Source: Setoptus koraiensis
Lineage: Eukaryota; Animalia; Arthropoda
Assembly: GCA_048013815.1 (NCBI GenBank)
Contig: CM106586.1
Coordinates: forward strand, 18,290,001-18,354,000
DNA: 64,000 nt
Direction of reading: 5' to 3'
Below the pieces are notes generated by a model. The model was not told the DNA's origin and did not search any database. It saw nothing but the letters and a program-made list of their open reading frames with translations. The position numbers and the translations under genes are program-made. Of the stretch, positions 50,558-63,560 are shown in pieces. Each line of letters opens with the position of its first letter. Position 1 is the stretch's first letter.

Positions 50558-52045
50558 TTATCTCGGAGAGTTGTAAGTTTTTGGTCCTGGGGACGAGCCA
50601 CTTCCTGAGCCTCCCCTTCTCAACAGAGGAAAACCAGATGTTATTCCGCCAGGCCTTATCTGACCAGGTTGATTTAGAATCATGTTCGCGTGAGGTGAAT
50701 GTAATGCAGTGGATGTGCCTTGGGTCTCACAAAACTGTTTAAATGCCTGTGCTGATCTATCGTAATCCTGCTTCGTCAACCTTGGAGCAGCATGTGGAGG
50801 GGCATGTCTGAAGGGAGGCTGGATCACTCGCAGATCTTTAAGATCTTTGGGGTTGAAAGGCGGCGGATAGAACTGCGGTCCGAGTGGACCACCGGGTAGG
50901 CCTGAATTTCAAAGAAAAATGAAGTTAAAGAAGCTATCAATTATGTTTTGGTAAAATATCGAAAAAGATATCAGGCTTAACTTACCAGGTGTAGGTTGAT
51001 AGGCGAATGCGGGGCTACCGAAACCTTGATAATTTGGACTTGATTCATGCGATGACCTTGATGATTCATATTGACTCCTTCTCGGTTGCGATGCTCTATC
51101 TCCAGTTAAGTTTTTTAATCCGTTAGAACTTTGATCCATACGATTACCAGATAGTTGAGAAGGAGGATTAGGACGTAACTGAGGAGGCTGAGGCGGTGTA
51201 AGGTGGAATTGTCCATGTTGAGAAAGGTAGCTTTTTCTGGGTGAGGAGACCAGTTGGTCACGAGGATCATTAGAACCACTAGGGTAGGCCCTTTTCAGAG
51301 AATTTGAGTTAGAATTCGACTCTAAATTTCTGGAGGGGGACTGTTCTATGGGGATCATTGGTCTTAGAGGCACGCTCATTCGCATATTTGTCCCGGAAAC
51401 TGGCATAGATATTGGAGGCATACTCATTCTTGGTGAGTACAATCCAATCGGTCGAGGAGGGAGTACGTTCATATGTGGATGAGGCGGTACATGATTGTCG
51501 AGATGGTACGGATAGATATGAGGCATGGGAATCGGCATCCTGGGCTGGTTTAATGTAACATCTTTGCTAGGTTTGATAGATTGCTGATTTGAGGTATTAT
51601 TCACGAGAGTTATCGGAGTTGATTGCTGCTGTTGATGAATCCCTTCTAACTTAGTTTGCTGCGGTTGCTGTTGATGCTGCTGCAGTTGCAATTGATTAGC
51701 GTGATTGGCTACTTGTTGAGCTTGTGAGGCAGCCAATATCTCCGCTTCACGTTGCTTTTGGCGAGCTACTTCTTCGTTAAGTACTTTTTTCAATTGTGCA
51801 AAAAGATTATGTTTTTCATCTTTCAGATTGTTGAGTTTCTTCTCTAATGCGGCCAGTTGTTCTTTGATTTGATCTAATGTCATTGCATCTTGTCTCCTTT
51901 GCTGTTCACGTTCTTTTTTAAGACGTTTTTCTATGGCATCCTGCTCCATTTCTTGTTTGAGCCGTTGTCTCTTCCTCATGATATGATTCTTCAAGGCCCC
52001 TTTCATGGCTGAATCAATGGTAGATGCCTTCTGTACGAAAATCAT
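50558..52045 (-). CDS. GPS2: G protein pathway suppressor 2-like corepressor subunit, about 467 aa
   Basis: Exons 52045-50986 and 50901-50558 (in frame). The coiled-coil AMKGALKNHIMRKR...MTLDQIKEQLAALEKKLNNLKDEKHNLFAQLKKVLNEE matches the GPS2 N-terminus and is followed by a Q/P-rich tail. The true first exon may lie further upstream. Confidence 0.85.
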
Positions 52046-53010
52046 CTTTGGTGAAATATTAATCTAGTGATAAACAAACAGTCCTCCTATTTTGGTGTGA
52101 ATATTGTGATGATTCTTGAAATTAGTCTCATTTCAATTAAGAGTATTCCATTGTAAAGCATCGGATATTCAGTAAACTTCAATGATTGTAAAAATCTCTC
52201 CTAACCTTATCAATTGGTGGGTGTGTGATGGGTTCCAGTGTTCGAAAAGCATAAATTCAATTGAAGCGCGATCTTTTTTTTTTCTCTATCTGAAATTGAT
52301 ACTCACTCCCTGATCGTATGCCAGTCTATCTAATTGACTCTTTTTTTAGCGATGAAATATTAGAAGAAAATAACAGCAGTTACCAATAAGAGCATATTGA
52401 CCAAGGTTTAACCAAACTCCATAACACTTTCCATGGATGTACCCTTACGTTCTATTTATTTATATTTATGTTTATCTATTATAGATCCTCGGCGATAACG
52501 ATAAAAATAAGAATAATGATGAAAATCAGTCTGATCGTCTGTATCTGATGTAATAGAAGATTGTGTGTGCAAGCTAGTGTTGCGGCCAGGGGCATGGGCA
52601 AAGGCCGCTCCTGCCCAAATTTCGGTTTGAGCGGTCGGACGGGCGGGTATGCCCAGCGCTTGGATGGGTTCTGAGCGGCGGGCATGACCAACAGGAGCCT
52701 CCAAACAGCCCAAAGTTGGCCCAAAATAGAAGAAAAAACATCAAGCCTCACCCATAGATATGAATAATTATTAATAATGTTATTATAATTTCTTGGATAA
52801 AAGATCGAGCTAGCTATCTGTTACAATAGGTATGCCGACAATTCCATCTAGAGACCACTTCTACACAGATCGACCGGCGATCGAGCAATAAGAGATACAC
52901 AGAGAACACAAGAGAACCAACAGAAAGAGATCTTGAATGGAGGATTTTTGTGTCTAACAAATTGTAAAAAATATATTTATAAATCCAAAATTGATAATAA
53001 TTAGAGAATT

Positions 53011-53062
53011 CGGGCATGCCCAACCGCCCATCTCGGGCGGATTTGTGATGTGGGCATGCCCG
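53011..53062. other. Nested GC-rich hairpin containing two GGGCATGCCC palindromes
   Basis: 53011-53022 (CGGGCATGCCCA) is the exact reverse complement of 53051-53062. An inner stem CCGCCC-ATCTC-GGGCGG lies between them. Confidence 0.6.
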
Positions 53063-54684
53063 GCTGAGCGGCCATCGTGCCCGTACGACTGGTGTAAACA
53101 CAAGGAGAATATGCTTATAGGTTTTTTACTGCGATTCGATTGTTACAGGGTAATCAAGTGCTTGTGCCCTGAGAGCAGAACATATAACGCACTGTATGGT
53201 ATTCTGTGTGAGAGAGCTTTGAGCGTATTTTTTAGTATATCATGAGCACGGCATCACAGTCCGCTGAGCCGACTCTGCTCTTGTGCCCCAGCAGTTGCTC
53301 TTGAGGGTATTGATTGTATGTCAAGAGGCGTGTCAAACACATTGGGCCGGTATGAACAGCTTAGAACTGAAGCGACTTGTCTCACCTTTAATGTTGAGTT
53401 TGGTGCCCACCAGTCGGTCGGGCCGAGATATGAGAGTCGCACACATCGGAATGCCCAGTCCGACACGCCCGTTCTTCGCGCACAGAAAGAGCTGAAACAG
53501 TTGATCAGCCTGTAGTGCGACGCCCGTCTCACGTCACAATTATTCTATTTATTTTTCTCTTTTCACTGTACTGATGATGTTTCTAACTGCCCCCATCTTG
53601 GACACACAGATGCGTCCAAACTTTGGACTCCAGAGCCATCCATCCCCCTTTCTCCTATATGAAAAGTGAAGTGCTAATTCGAGCGGCCACCGTGAAGCTG
53701 TGAGTGGGCGCGCCGATCAACAGCGACATGTATCGGTGTTGAAAGTAAATATAGTAAAAATAAGGCAAAAATCAAATTTGATTAGAAATTATTGATCTCA
53801 CCACAATGAATTAATCGCCAGCGCGATTTATTCATTACTGTGCGCCATAATTGTGGTTTTGTTGTTGTTTTGATCACCATTGCTGAACTGGGTGTGATTA
53901 AACATACAAGTGATATCATGAGGGCATCTCTGCACACCCAGCCCGTATCTTATATCTGTGTGCCCTGTGAATGTTGCGCAATCAATCTGGAAATATTGTG
54001 CGAAATATGAGTATTGATGATAATTCTTTTAATCGCTCTTATCCAGTCCAACATTAACGACATTAATACATGTCGTGTAATGTATGTCCGTTACATTTGA
54101 CTTTTTGGACCTTGTGCTTCTGATACACAAACATTGCGAGTACAGTCCGTCACAAAGGTTCCACCATATGGCCATGTAGTTTGACAATATTTCTATGCAG
54201 CACTGTACGTGCGCACACAAGCATAGTAATGTCCGTGTGCGAGCGCACAGAGAGTGAGGATAGTTGTTCAGAAGCCCGATTACACCCAGTATTATTATGA
54301 ATTTATCAGGATCATGATGATGATCAGATAATAGGGCTATATGTTCCATTGTAATCCTAGAAGTATATTCAATATACTCTTACTTACTCAACTTGTGTCC
54401 ATATACGTGATCTGCGAAAGATATCGATTGCTCAATCAACAATGATGCCCATAACTACGATTAGGTCATGTACAAAATCGATAAAACACATAGTAAATTG
54501 AATTAAATCGCTTATGCTAATCAATCAAAGTTTATGTAGATATTGAAATTTTTGGATGTCAACACCAACACTAACAGAAAAAAACTAACTTCACGAGGAT
54601 ATTGTCGAGGAACCTGTTGTGTACTACATCATCATATATTTCTGTTAGATTGGTCAATAGTAAAATTCAAGGCTACAACCATAA

Positions 54685-56413
54685 ATGCAATATAATGATG
54701 GCGACCTGGCGGATGCAAGTTATGATCATCAGACCAGACACCTAGAATCATCGAGTCGATCGAACTTTCTTCAAATAGAACAAAACAAAGTCAAATATAA
54801 AGCCATTATCGGATTACATACAAGACCTAGAGTCCTCTTGGAACATCGACATGATACTCTGACACAGTTAAATCTCGAACCCCTGTATACCACTAATTCT
54901 ATTGAGATACCACAGAGATTTCCACCTGAGATTATTATAAGAATTCTGCGATTAGCTCTGCTGGAAGAACCAAGACCTCTTCGGCAACTTGTTAGATTTA
55001 GCCGAGTATGTGAAACATGGAGAAGAATAGTTAATGAGAACTCTTCAATTTGGGTTCGATTGGATACCAACGAAATATTGCCTAGCTTGACTGACAATTT
55101 ACAATATTTTAAGCAAATTTCCGAGACAAACACTTTCAGTTCCTGCAGAGATTTAGTTCTTGGATCCGACACACTATTCCTAAAGTCATTCCGCGAAACT
55201 AGCTTGAAAATTAGCCCAAAATGTCTGAGTTACATCGTACAGATCAATCCTATCTTTGAATCAATACTTCGTAAAGCCCTACCAAACTCGAGGAGGCTTT
55301 ACTTAACGAACAGCAGTGAGATTGTGAAACGACATGCAGAAATAATTGAGTCGCATTGTACCAATGTTACGGCCATTGAACTGGGTGCTGACGATGTCGA
55401 ACGTGGCACCACAATCTTCAACAATCTTAATCCTAACATCATTACTGAACGATTGCTCAAAACGGCAAGTGCCACCTTAAGGGAAGTGTATATTCACTAC
55501 CCGTATCAGGTTTCAACACTATTATCTCGTCTTGCGAAACACTGTAAACAATTGACTCATCTAGAGCTGGGAATCCTTAAACAGGGACGTGAAACAATCA
55601 AACAGGATGATGAAGATAGCGACTCTGATGGAAGTTCTTCTTCGGACGATGAAGATCAAACTCAATGCATTGATCCCAAGTTGATTTCCGCTAACTTTCT
55701 ACATTTGAAGGTTTTCTCTTGTTACTCTTATGAGTTCACACGACATAGCGCTGCCCCAGCAGTTCTGACTGAGATGATTGATCTCCGCGAACTGAGGCTA
55801 CCTATTCTAAAAGGATGTGACCAAACTAGAGACGAGTGGACGCTTAGAACACTAGCACAAAGTTCCACAAGATTGATTCATTTAGACGCCAGGGGATGTT
55901 TCCTAAAAGTCTTTTCCCTTGGTTGGCTTACAACTAACAAGCTAAGATCTCTGCATCTTCACTATTCTGTTCCAGCCGCTGCAATTTTGAAACGTTGGTC
56001 AAATAGTTTGGTTTATCTAACGCTCTCTAAAGTATCCGAGAAGTATCGAGAACATAGAAGCCAAGGTCCGCCAAATCCATCCCAAGAGCTGGATGCGTGT
56101 TTAGAGACTTTGTCTGGTGCTGAGACTCCTAAACTGAAGTACCTGGACCTCAGCGACTCAGATTGCGGCTTTTTGCCAGTCAGGTGCGTCTTTTTTGGGG
56201 CCATGAAATACTAAACTAAGATGGATAACTTTATAATGACTCCTCTCTAACTTTTTCCTTTTTATTCTATATAGAAATTTGGTTGGCCATTGCAAAGAGC
56301 TCGAGTATTTAAACCTCTCAAAGTGTAAACGCATACCAATAAATGTACGGGTGTGCTTTTCAGACAAACAAGCGATAGAGGAGTTAAGAATGAGCTTCGC
56401 CGATTCTCTCTAG
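54685..56413 (+). CDS. F-box/LRR protein, FBXL6-like, about 545 aa
   Basis: Exons 54685-56183 and 56275-56413. F-box FPPEIIIRIL...FSRVCETWRRIV..SSIW, LRR-like repeats (LRELRLP, LIHLDARGC, LKYLDLSDSD) and terminal CKELEYLNLSKCKRIP. The FBXL6 assignment is from recalled similarity. Confidence 0.85.
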
Positions 56414-56637
56414 GAGGTGCGTTAGATCTTATTTGATCGAGGATGGAGTATCATACCCAACAATCACTATATGTTAAACGATCAGTATTTTATGGAATAA
56501 ACTTTTATAGCTTTCAAATTATACAAATGTTCTAGTTTGTGAGTGTTTCCCAGTACAAATTTCAGGTGCTTTGTAAATTTTTCTATCAAATCTGTTCGAT
56601 GTTCAGTCCAATAATATAGGTTGAAGTAGTGACTTGA

Positions 56638-57904
56638 TCAACGCATGCTGAAGACCAAAGAGAGGAAATCCTCGTACTTGATAGTGATGACCCTATTGGG
56701 AGGTGATGAGAATTAATCAGTTGAAAGATGAGAATATATATATATATATATATAAGGGAGAGCCGGGTCAATCGAAGTAATGGGCAAATAATATCGACTT
56801 ACCCATCAGAGTCAGTGTCATGATGACGGAAGGCAGCTGTAATGGTCTGCAATGATACACATATTTGGATGAAGTCATCGAAATATATCCTCCCTACTAA
56901 GATGCAAGAAGTGCAAGTTTGTAATAAATAGGAAAAAATACGTAGCAAGTAGGTTTGCATGCAATTCTATGAATGTGGGTTTGTTCATGCAAAATATAAC
57001 TTGAAACTATGGTTACTAGTATTGTGTGCTTTACGCTTACCTTGACCACTCTTAACGAATTTTTGCAGTATCAAATCGTAAAATTTGTCCGAAAGTTGGT
57101 AACCAAAGGTGGTAAGTGCTTGTTTGATCTCATCTTTGTTTATGTAGCCTGACTTATCTTTGTCGAAAGACTGGAAGCATTGACGCCAATCTTCGATGTA
57201 TTTCCACAATTGTTTGAATTCTTCATAGTTCAACTGTCCTTTTTGGCTTCTATCGAAGAGGGTAATCATTAGTCTCACTGTTTCACCATTGAATGGCTCC
57301 CATGTTCCGTTAGACAAGCAGGATTGCAATTCAACTGCATTGATTGCGTTACTGCGGTCCTTGTCCACTTGTTGGAAGACTTTCTTTAGGAAATTTTCGT
57401 CTACAGCAGGTGCAGGTGCAGCCATGTTACAGCTAGAGAAATGGTGAGAGTCGTAGAATACAAGAGAAAAGTGCGTTAGAAGGTTGTAATGAGATGGTCG
57501 GCATGAGTGTAGTAAATGTACGTATGTGGAATAAGTGAACTAGTAACTTGAGGCGTGGAGTGTTTTAACCAAACAAGTACAGATAGTGCTAGTATTTTTG
57601 CTGGCGCGTACCCCGAAAATGCTTGCTGATACATGACGTTATTGGACGGTTGTTGCGCTGGATGTGTCGTAATAATATTACCAGGATAAGTAGTCCGCTG
57701 CTGGCTATAGCAAGGATATTGGTAGCTGGGAGTGACTGGCTGATGCTGTTGAGAGTACCCATTATATTGTGATGACGCTGGACTTGGATAGACAGGACCG
57801 GCTGAATTGTTAGTAGGCCACATATTTGGTGAGTTTACAGGCGGAGTATGATAGGTCACTCTAGGTTGATTTGCTCTATTGGGGTATGATTGATCGGCAC
57901 CCAT
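56638..57904 (-). CDS. PDCD6: Penta-EF-hand protein (ALG-2/PDCD6 core) with a P/Y/Q-rich N-terminal extension, about 277 aa
   Basis: Exons 57904-57612, 57432-57041, 56896-56803 and 56692-56638 (834 nt, in frame). Core FLKKVFQQVDKDRSNAI..LSNGTWEPFN..WKYIEDW..FDDFIQ..DTDSDGVITIKYEDFLSLVF. The core is very confident; the exon-1 junction (GG|GTAC donor) is less so. Confidence 0.85.
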
Positions 57905-59917
57905 CGAGTTTTTTATTTTCCACTTAATTTAATACGATTGCTCAGTTGGGCTCTTGTTTGCAAACCTCCCTAAAGCAATTGAAATATATCCGTTGACAAT
58001 TGTTGTTTGTCTGTTTTTTTTTGTGTTGACGACGTTTCACAAGTTGACCAGTGATGATATCATTTTCACAAGCGGTTCTTTTATAGAAAGTGTTTGTGTG
58101 TGTGTCTGTGTGTTTGTTTGTGCTAAACAAAATACTTACTGTTGTAAATGTAATATAGTGTAACAAAGAGTGAGTTAATAATACTATAATTCGAGTGTGC
58201 GAATTGCTACAGTGATTCAGTGCTGTCTGTTGTTTGTTATATTCCCAGACAGGCTCCACGGGAGTCAGCCACTAGTGATTATACGAGAGGATCTGTTTTT
58301 AAACCTTTGTGCCCTGACAATGATTTCAATGGGTTTTCTACCTAAAATCGATGATCACAATCTACAATGTGTGTGCTTTTGATTGGTATTAATATATCCT
58401 CCGGAGTACTATCTCACAATGCTTGATCTGAAGCATTATTAACTTTTCATGAACGCAACATTACATCATATGTTTTTTTCTGTAAAAGAAAGGGCGTGAC
58501 CGGCTTGTATCGCTTCGATATGCACACTTAACACTGTTGTGAGTGTTGTGTGTAGATTTTGTTAAGTGTGTACATTTAGTTCGCGAGGTTGGCGCCAGAG
58601 GGCCACAAAATCTCCTATTGGCATCTCCTATGAAATACCGTAATGTCGTATTCCGGGATAAACAAAAGACAAAGTTCAACATTTACCCAGTATCAGACCA
58701 TCTCAACTTGAACTACGTGTTCTCTAATGTCGCCAATCTCCAGTCTGCATCTGGCACCAGACAGTCGACAGCGTACCTATCGTGATTATCACGATCCGAT
58801 CTACCAGTAGAACATAGTTTCAAACGCGCGCTTCTCATCAGACACATCGACTTATCGAACCAACGGGATATCCATGATTGGTCGAGAAACATACTAGAAA
58901 CAAGCTGCTCCATCAACAGGTATACTCGAGTGCCGAACAGCCACTCTACTACTGCACAAGTGGCTTTCAAAATAAACTGACCACTAAGACAGGTCAGCGC
59001 TTCGCTCGCTCTTTCTCTGAATAAAAGCCTACTGAACTTAACTATGCACCATCTCAACAACGGTCTAGCCAAAACGGAACGCTGTCTGACGGAGCCCTCA
59101 TTTCCAGCAGTAACGGTGTGGTTTCGATCAGAGCTTTAGCCAACTTGTAATCTTGTTTTTAATTTGTGGGCCATAGCAGATTTAACGAGCCTGCAGATTG
59201 CATCGTCGATTCAAATCAGCCGAAATCGAGTATTAACGGAGAGTTATATTGGTGTTCGTTCGGTAAATAGAATCTCTGCTATGTTGGTCTCCATCATAAC
59301 GTCTTCCATCTTAGTTACCCTTAAAGTGACTAGCATCGCATTGAGTATAGCAGCAGGTTAATTTGTTGACCAATGGACTTGTTTTGTTGTTATTTTCCAC
59401 TCTCAAATGGTCAAACAAGTGATGGGCGTACACATTCCCCTGGTCAGATATGTTAGCTGTTAGAATCCTTATTTAACAGGAGAGAGTTTTGCTGCAAACA
59501 CAACTTGAAAAAATAAAGATTTCTCTTTGCTAGTATTCATTTACACACATCCCTTTTTAGAAAATAAAAGTACTAACTCTATGTGAAAACTTTCGTATCC
59601 ACAAATCCGACTCAACAACCACAGCAAAACTGTTCGACACCCAGCCAGGCCATGTTCTGACACGATTGTTTATGCTCGAATCTTTATTGTTTTTCTCTTG
59701 CTAGCTCTGCAAGGAACAAAACTATTCTTTTGCTGATTTCTTACAAGAATTGTACATTTTGCATCTGACGCAGACGGAGAAAAAACAAAACTTCAACACT
59801 TTACTCATCTTTAAAACTGCAACAGCATATCACGTCTATCGAATTTATGAAGTTAATCAGAATAAAAACAATAATCAAAAAGATATCAAAAGTTTAACGT
59901 CAACATCAGTGTTAATC

Positions 59918-62058
59918 ATGTTGACTTACGCCTCAATATTTTTCGCATTCTATGCTCTCTTGTTTGTCTATCTGCCTCTATTCAATGAGCCACATCAGAT
60001 ACAATATTATTACAATTTGTGCCAGATAATAAGGCACGTCGTCATCACTTACATAACATGGCACTCAACCAATTTTGTTTGGAGACAAAAATGGGTAAGT
60101 TTAACGAAAGTGAAGCTGCAACTCCATCGAGCGTTCATGTTATACTAACTAGAATAGATGGATCGTATTTTCTATGAATTTATACCGTAGGTTCCCAAGA
60201 TGAGACTTCCAGTCGCAAATCATGCTATACTTATTACAGGTAGGCCTTGCAACAACCATTTGCCGTTGCTAGAATTCTATGGGTGCATTCAATTGAGCAT
60301 AACTATAATGGCGTTGTCAACCTCTCTCATTCTATCACGAATCAATATCTAAAACAATATATTATATAGGTTGTGACTCTGGTTTCGGTAATTTGTTGGC
60401 TCGAAAGTTGGACAAGCAGGGGTTCAAAGTTTTTGCATGCTGCCTCTTTCCCCAAGGAGACGGAGCCAAGTCGTTAGTAAAGGAAAGCTCAAAGAAAGTA
60501 AGTCATACAGTGTAGTTGGCGTTATTTCAACTTCTGTTCTCATTGCTCTAATTATTCAAATCGTAAAATCATTTGTCCATCAATGATAGTTAACTGTGAT
60601 CAAAATGGATGTGACCAACGACGACGACGTCAACAATGCGGTGAAGGCCGTCGAGAAAGGGCTAAGTGATGATTACAGTGAGTACAGAAAACTAAATATC
60701 ACATCATTCTTAATAGATAAATGTTTGTCTTGAATCGCCTACACCGTAGAGACTTATCATGTATATAATCATTGTTTTGTTTCGAATGCTAGAATTGTTG
60801 GCTGTTGTCAATAACGCGGGCGTATTGGCTGTAGGAGAGGTTGAATTCGGTTCCACAATTGAGCCATTCGAAAGACAGATTAGCATCAATTGTTTAGGTG
60901 TTATACGAGTCACAAAAGCCTTTTGTCCATTGTTGAGAAGATGTAGGAATTCAAGACTGGTCAACGTCACAAGCCTAGCAGCAAGAATAAGCCTTCCAGG
61001 TGAGTTCAGAATTGCACGTCAGTAATTCAAGTCACAGACAATGCACAACATTGCGACACAGGTGGCAGATTCTGTCTTTATCAGTTTTCTTGGCCTCGCC
61101 GGTCTTATAAAAGTTGAATAATTGCAGTTTAACAATCAGTTATTCGGCGAAAGGGCCATTGTGTCAAGCTGTTTGTTCAGTAGCGTACTCTCAAACACAG
61201 TAGCAAACAACAGAACAATTTGTTGTTGATTATTTCTTTTGTGTTCCATATTGGACATGGTTTCGAGCTGATGATTATATAGAGTTGCTGATTGTTCGAA
61301 TTATCTTTGCTCACTTTTTGACAGGTCTTGTTGGTTACTGTGTATCGAAATGTGCCGCCCTTTCATTCACAGACGGAGTCAGAATTGAGTTGATGAAGTG
61401 GGGCATTAAAACCATCTCCATAGAGCCACATCTGTTCAAGTAAGTACTTCGAAAGAAAACAATAGTAGTATCCCGATAGATTTAAATCAAGAAGGCAATT
61501 TTTACTTATAATTGCACATTTAATGAATGCCCCCCCCCTCCCCCATACCCTCTTAGGACTAATTTGATCGCCGAAGAAGCTCAACATAGAATGTTAGAGA
61601 ACTTGTGGAAGGATAGCCGCGAATCTACCAGAAAAGATTACGGTGAAGAATTCTTCGAGGGGGCTAAGAAGCTCTTGAATAGAGGCACTGATACGGCCAG
61701 AACCAACATAAGTGATGTAGTCCAGGCCATGTACGACTCTATTACAATTCGACACCCTGAGACTCACAAAAAGTAAGTAAAGAACTGTACCGTTGTTCAG
61801 AAAGTCCGCGCTACCCTAGAATCTTACACTGACAAGAAAACAACTGACCTTTCACGCACTTTGAACACTTTCTATAGGGTGTGCTCATCTGAATTCGAGA
61901 GGATACGAGTATGGTTCCTGATATACGTCGTTCCGAGTGCTGTACAGGACTTTTTACTTCACATATCAACAGCCTTCGTTACAGGAAAGCCGTCAATGTT
62001 AGCAGGGAACAAGGGAGTACTCAAGGAACAAGCTGAGGCCAAACCAAAAGCCTGCTAG
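59918..62058 (+). CDS. Short-chain dehydrogenase/reductase of the BDH1/RDH/HSD17B2 (SDR9C) type, about 386 aa, 8 exons
   Basis: Exons 59918-60094, 60191-60239, 60370-60497, 60590-60677, 60793-60999, 61325-61439, 61557-61772 and 61878-62058 (1161 nt, in frame). Motifs: ITGCDSGFG, MDVT, VNNAG, VTS, catalytic YCVSK and IEP. Confidence 0.93.
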
Positions 62059-62331
62059 ATGATTCTTTTTTTTTCAGTGGTTTGTTATAGGCATGACCAG
62101 GGCAATAAGAATGGAGTTCATAGCGAGTGGGAGATGATCCAGTAGCTAGGCCATTAGATGATATCGTATGTTAAAAATACATGCGCTATGTGAATAAAAT
62201 GTTTTCAGTAAGACTCCATATAGAACTTATCCTGTGTGAAATGTGGCTCGAGTTGAGATGAGTTAATTTATTACAAATCTATGCTCTCGCACATTATTGA
62301 TACCCTAACAGGTTTGATATAATCATTGATT

Positions 62332-62841
62332 TTATTTTTTGGCCTTCACTGCCTTAGCGGATTTAGCGGCAGCAGCAGCGGGCTTCTTTTTATCTGTGTT
62401 CTTCTTTTCTCCGTTCTTCTTGCTGGCTGCTTGTTTCTTTTCTTGAAATTTCAATTGTTTCACTTTTTCCTTGAGGAGTTTGTTTACCTTCTGTTTAAGC
62501 TTGTAGACTTTGAATCTACCTAGGTCGCTTAAATCCTTTCTCCTTTTGTCAGCTAACAAACGTTTGAATTGGATTGATGACTTCCATTTTGTGTCAATAT
62601 CGTTCTTTTTCCATTCACGTTCAACGACGGACGTTGAGGCACTGTGTTCTAAATTGATCTTGTGTTTTGTCAGACGGAGCCTCTTGAATCTGATTGGTTG
62701 CCTTTTCACTTTAGAGCAGGGACCATCAACTAGGGCTCTGTTTTGGTCGATAACATCGACGATGGCCACAGGTCGGCCAGCGTTCCTTCCATAGCTCACG
62801 TAGGCAACACGGCCAATTTCAACGAGATGCTTGATTGCCAT
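62332..62841 (-). CDS. RpL14: 60S ribosomal protein L14 (eL14), coding region intronless
   Basis: VEIGRVAYVSYGRNAGRPVAIVDVIDQNRALVDGP, plus a Lys/Ala-rich C-terminal tail. Confidence 0.97.
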   Translation of the reverse strand: MAIKHLVEIGRVAYVSYGRNAGRPVAIVDVIDQNRALVDGPCSKVKRQPIRFKRLRLTKHKINLEHSASTSVVEREWKKNDIDTKWKSSIQFKRLLADKRRKDLSDLGRFKVYKLKQKVNKLLKEKVKQLKFQEKKQAASKKNGEKKNTDKKKPAAAAAKSAKAVKAKK

Positions 62842-63560
62842 CCTAGATTATAAATGGAGAATGTCTATTATCTTGGCTATAAATGTTTTGTGTAAATGAA
62901 ATTATAAATAACTAAGCGATGACCAATATAATTTGTTATAATAATTGTTCCGATAATGATTATGTCCAATAGCCCAATAATAATAGTGACGGTAATGTCG
63001 ATCTGTCTAGCATGCCTTCGAATTGAAAACGGAATGCCTCCGATCGCATGAGTTTTCACCATTCGCTTCCACAGAGCACATGCACAAACTCTGCTCATAC
63101 TTCCGGACGTGCATTTCTGTGCCAACGAGGATTTGAGCAGCAAAATTGCGGCTCTTCACATGCAGGAATGAAGCAGTCTTTAGAACATTGCAGAACAGCG
63201 CATGATTCTATTATACGGCGCGAACGAGAGGAATTCTTGACATTTGGCGCCAAGTTCAAAGCTCTATTTTTTTTTTTAAATCTGACCAACTTTCGAAGAA
63301 CATTTCCAAAAGATAACGTCCTCCGGCAAATCCTTTTCAAAATTAACAGAGGCTCAAGGAAGTTAAAAATTGCCACCGAAATATACTAGCAGGAAATAAT
63401 CAATCCACTGATATCGATGAAATCGTCATTGGCATTATGAGCATGGGGAGCGGTTTCGTCTAGCATCTTGCAGACCAGTTAAAACTTTTTCACCATGATG
63501 CCAACTTTACTTTTGATTTTCACCGAGAAATAGTTGAGTATTGTCCCAACAAATACTTAC

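Noticed and set aside
54171-54197. Minus-strand peptide HRNIVKLHG resembling a kinase subdomain (as in plant receptor-like kinases)
   Set aside because: No Gly-rich loop, VAIK lysine, HRD or DFG nearby, and a stop follows six codons later. Treated as a chance match.
57476-57611. C-terminal part of ORF 57476-57904 (YAPAKILALSVLVWLK...) as a separate protein
   Set aside because: Better explained as read-through into the 179-nt intron of the PDCD6-like gene.
58630-59360. Nearly open in-register frames on both strands between PDCD6 and the SDR
   Set aside because: Each frame has several stops, and there is no recognisable homology or splice architecture.
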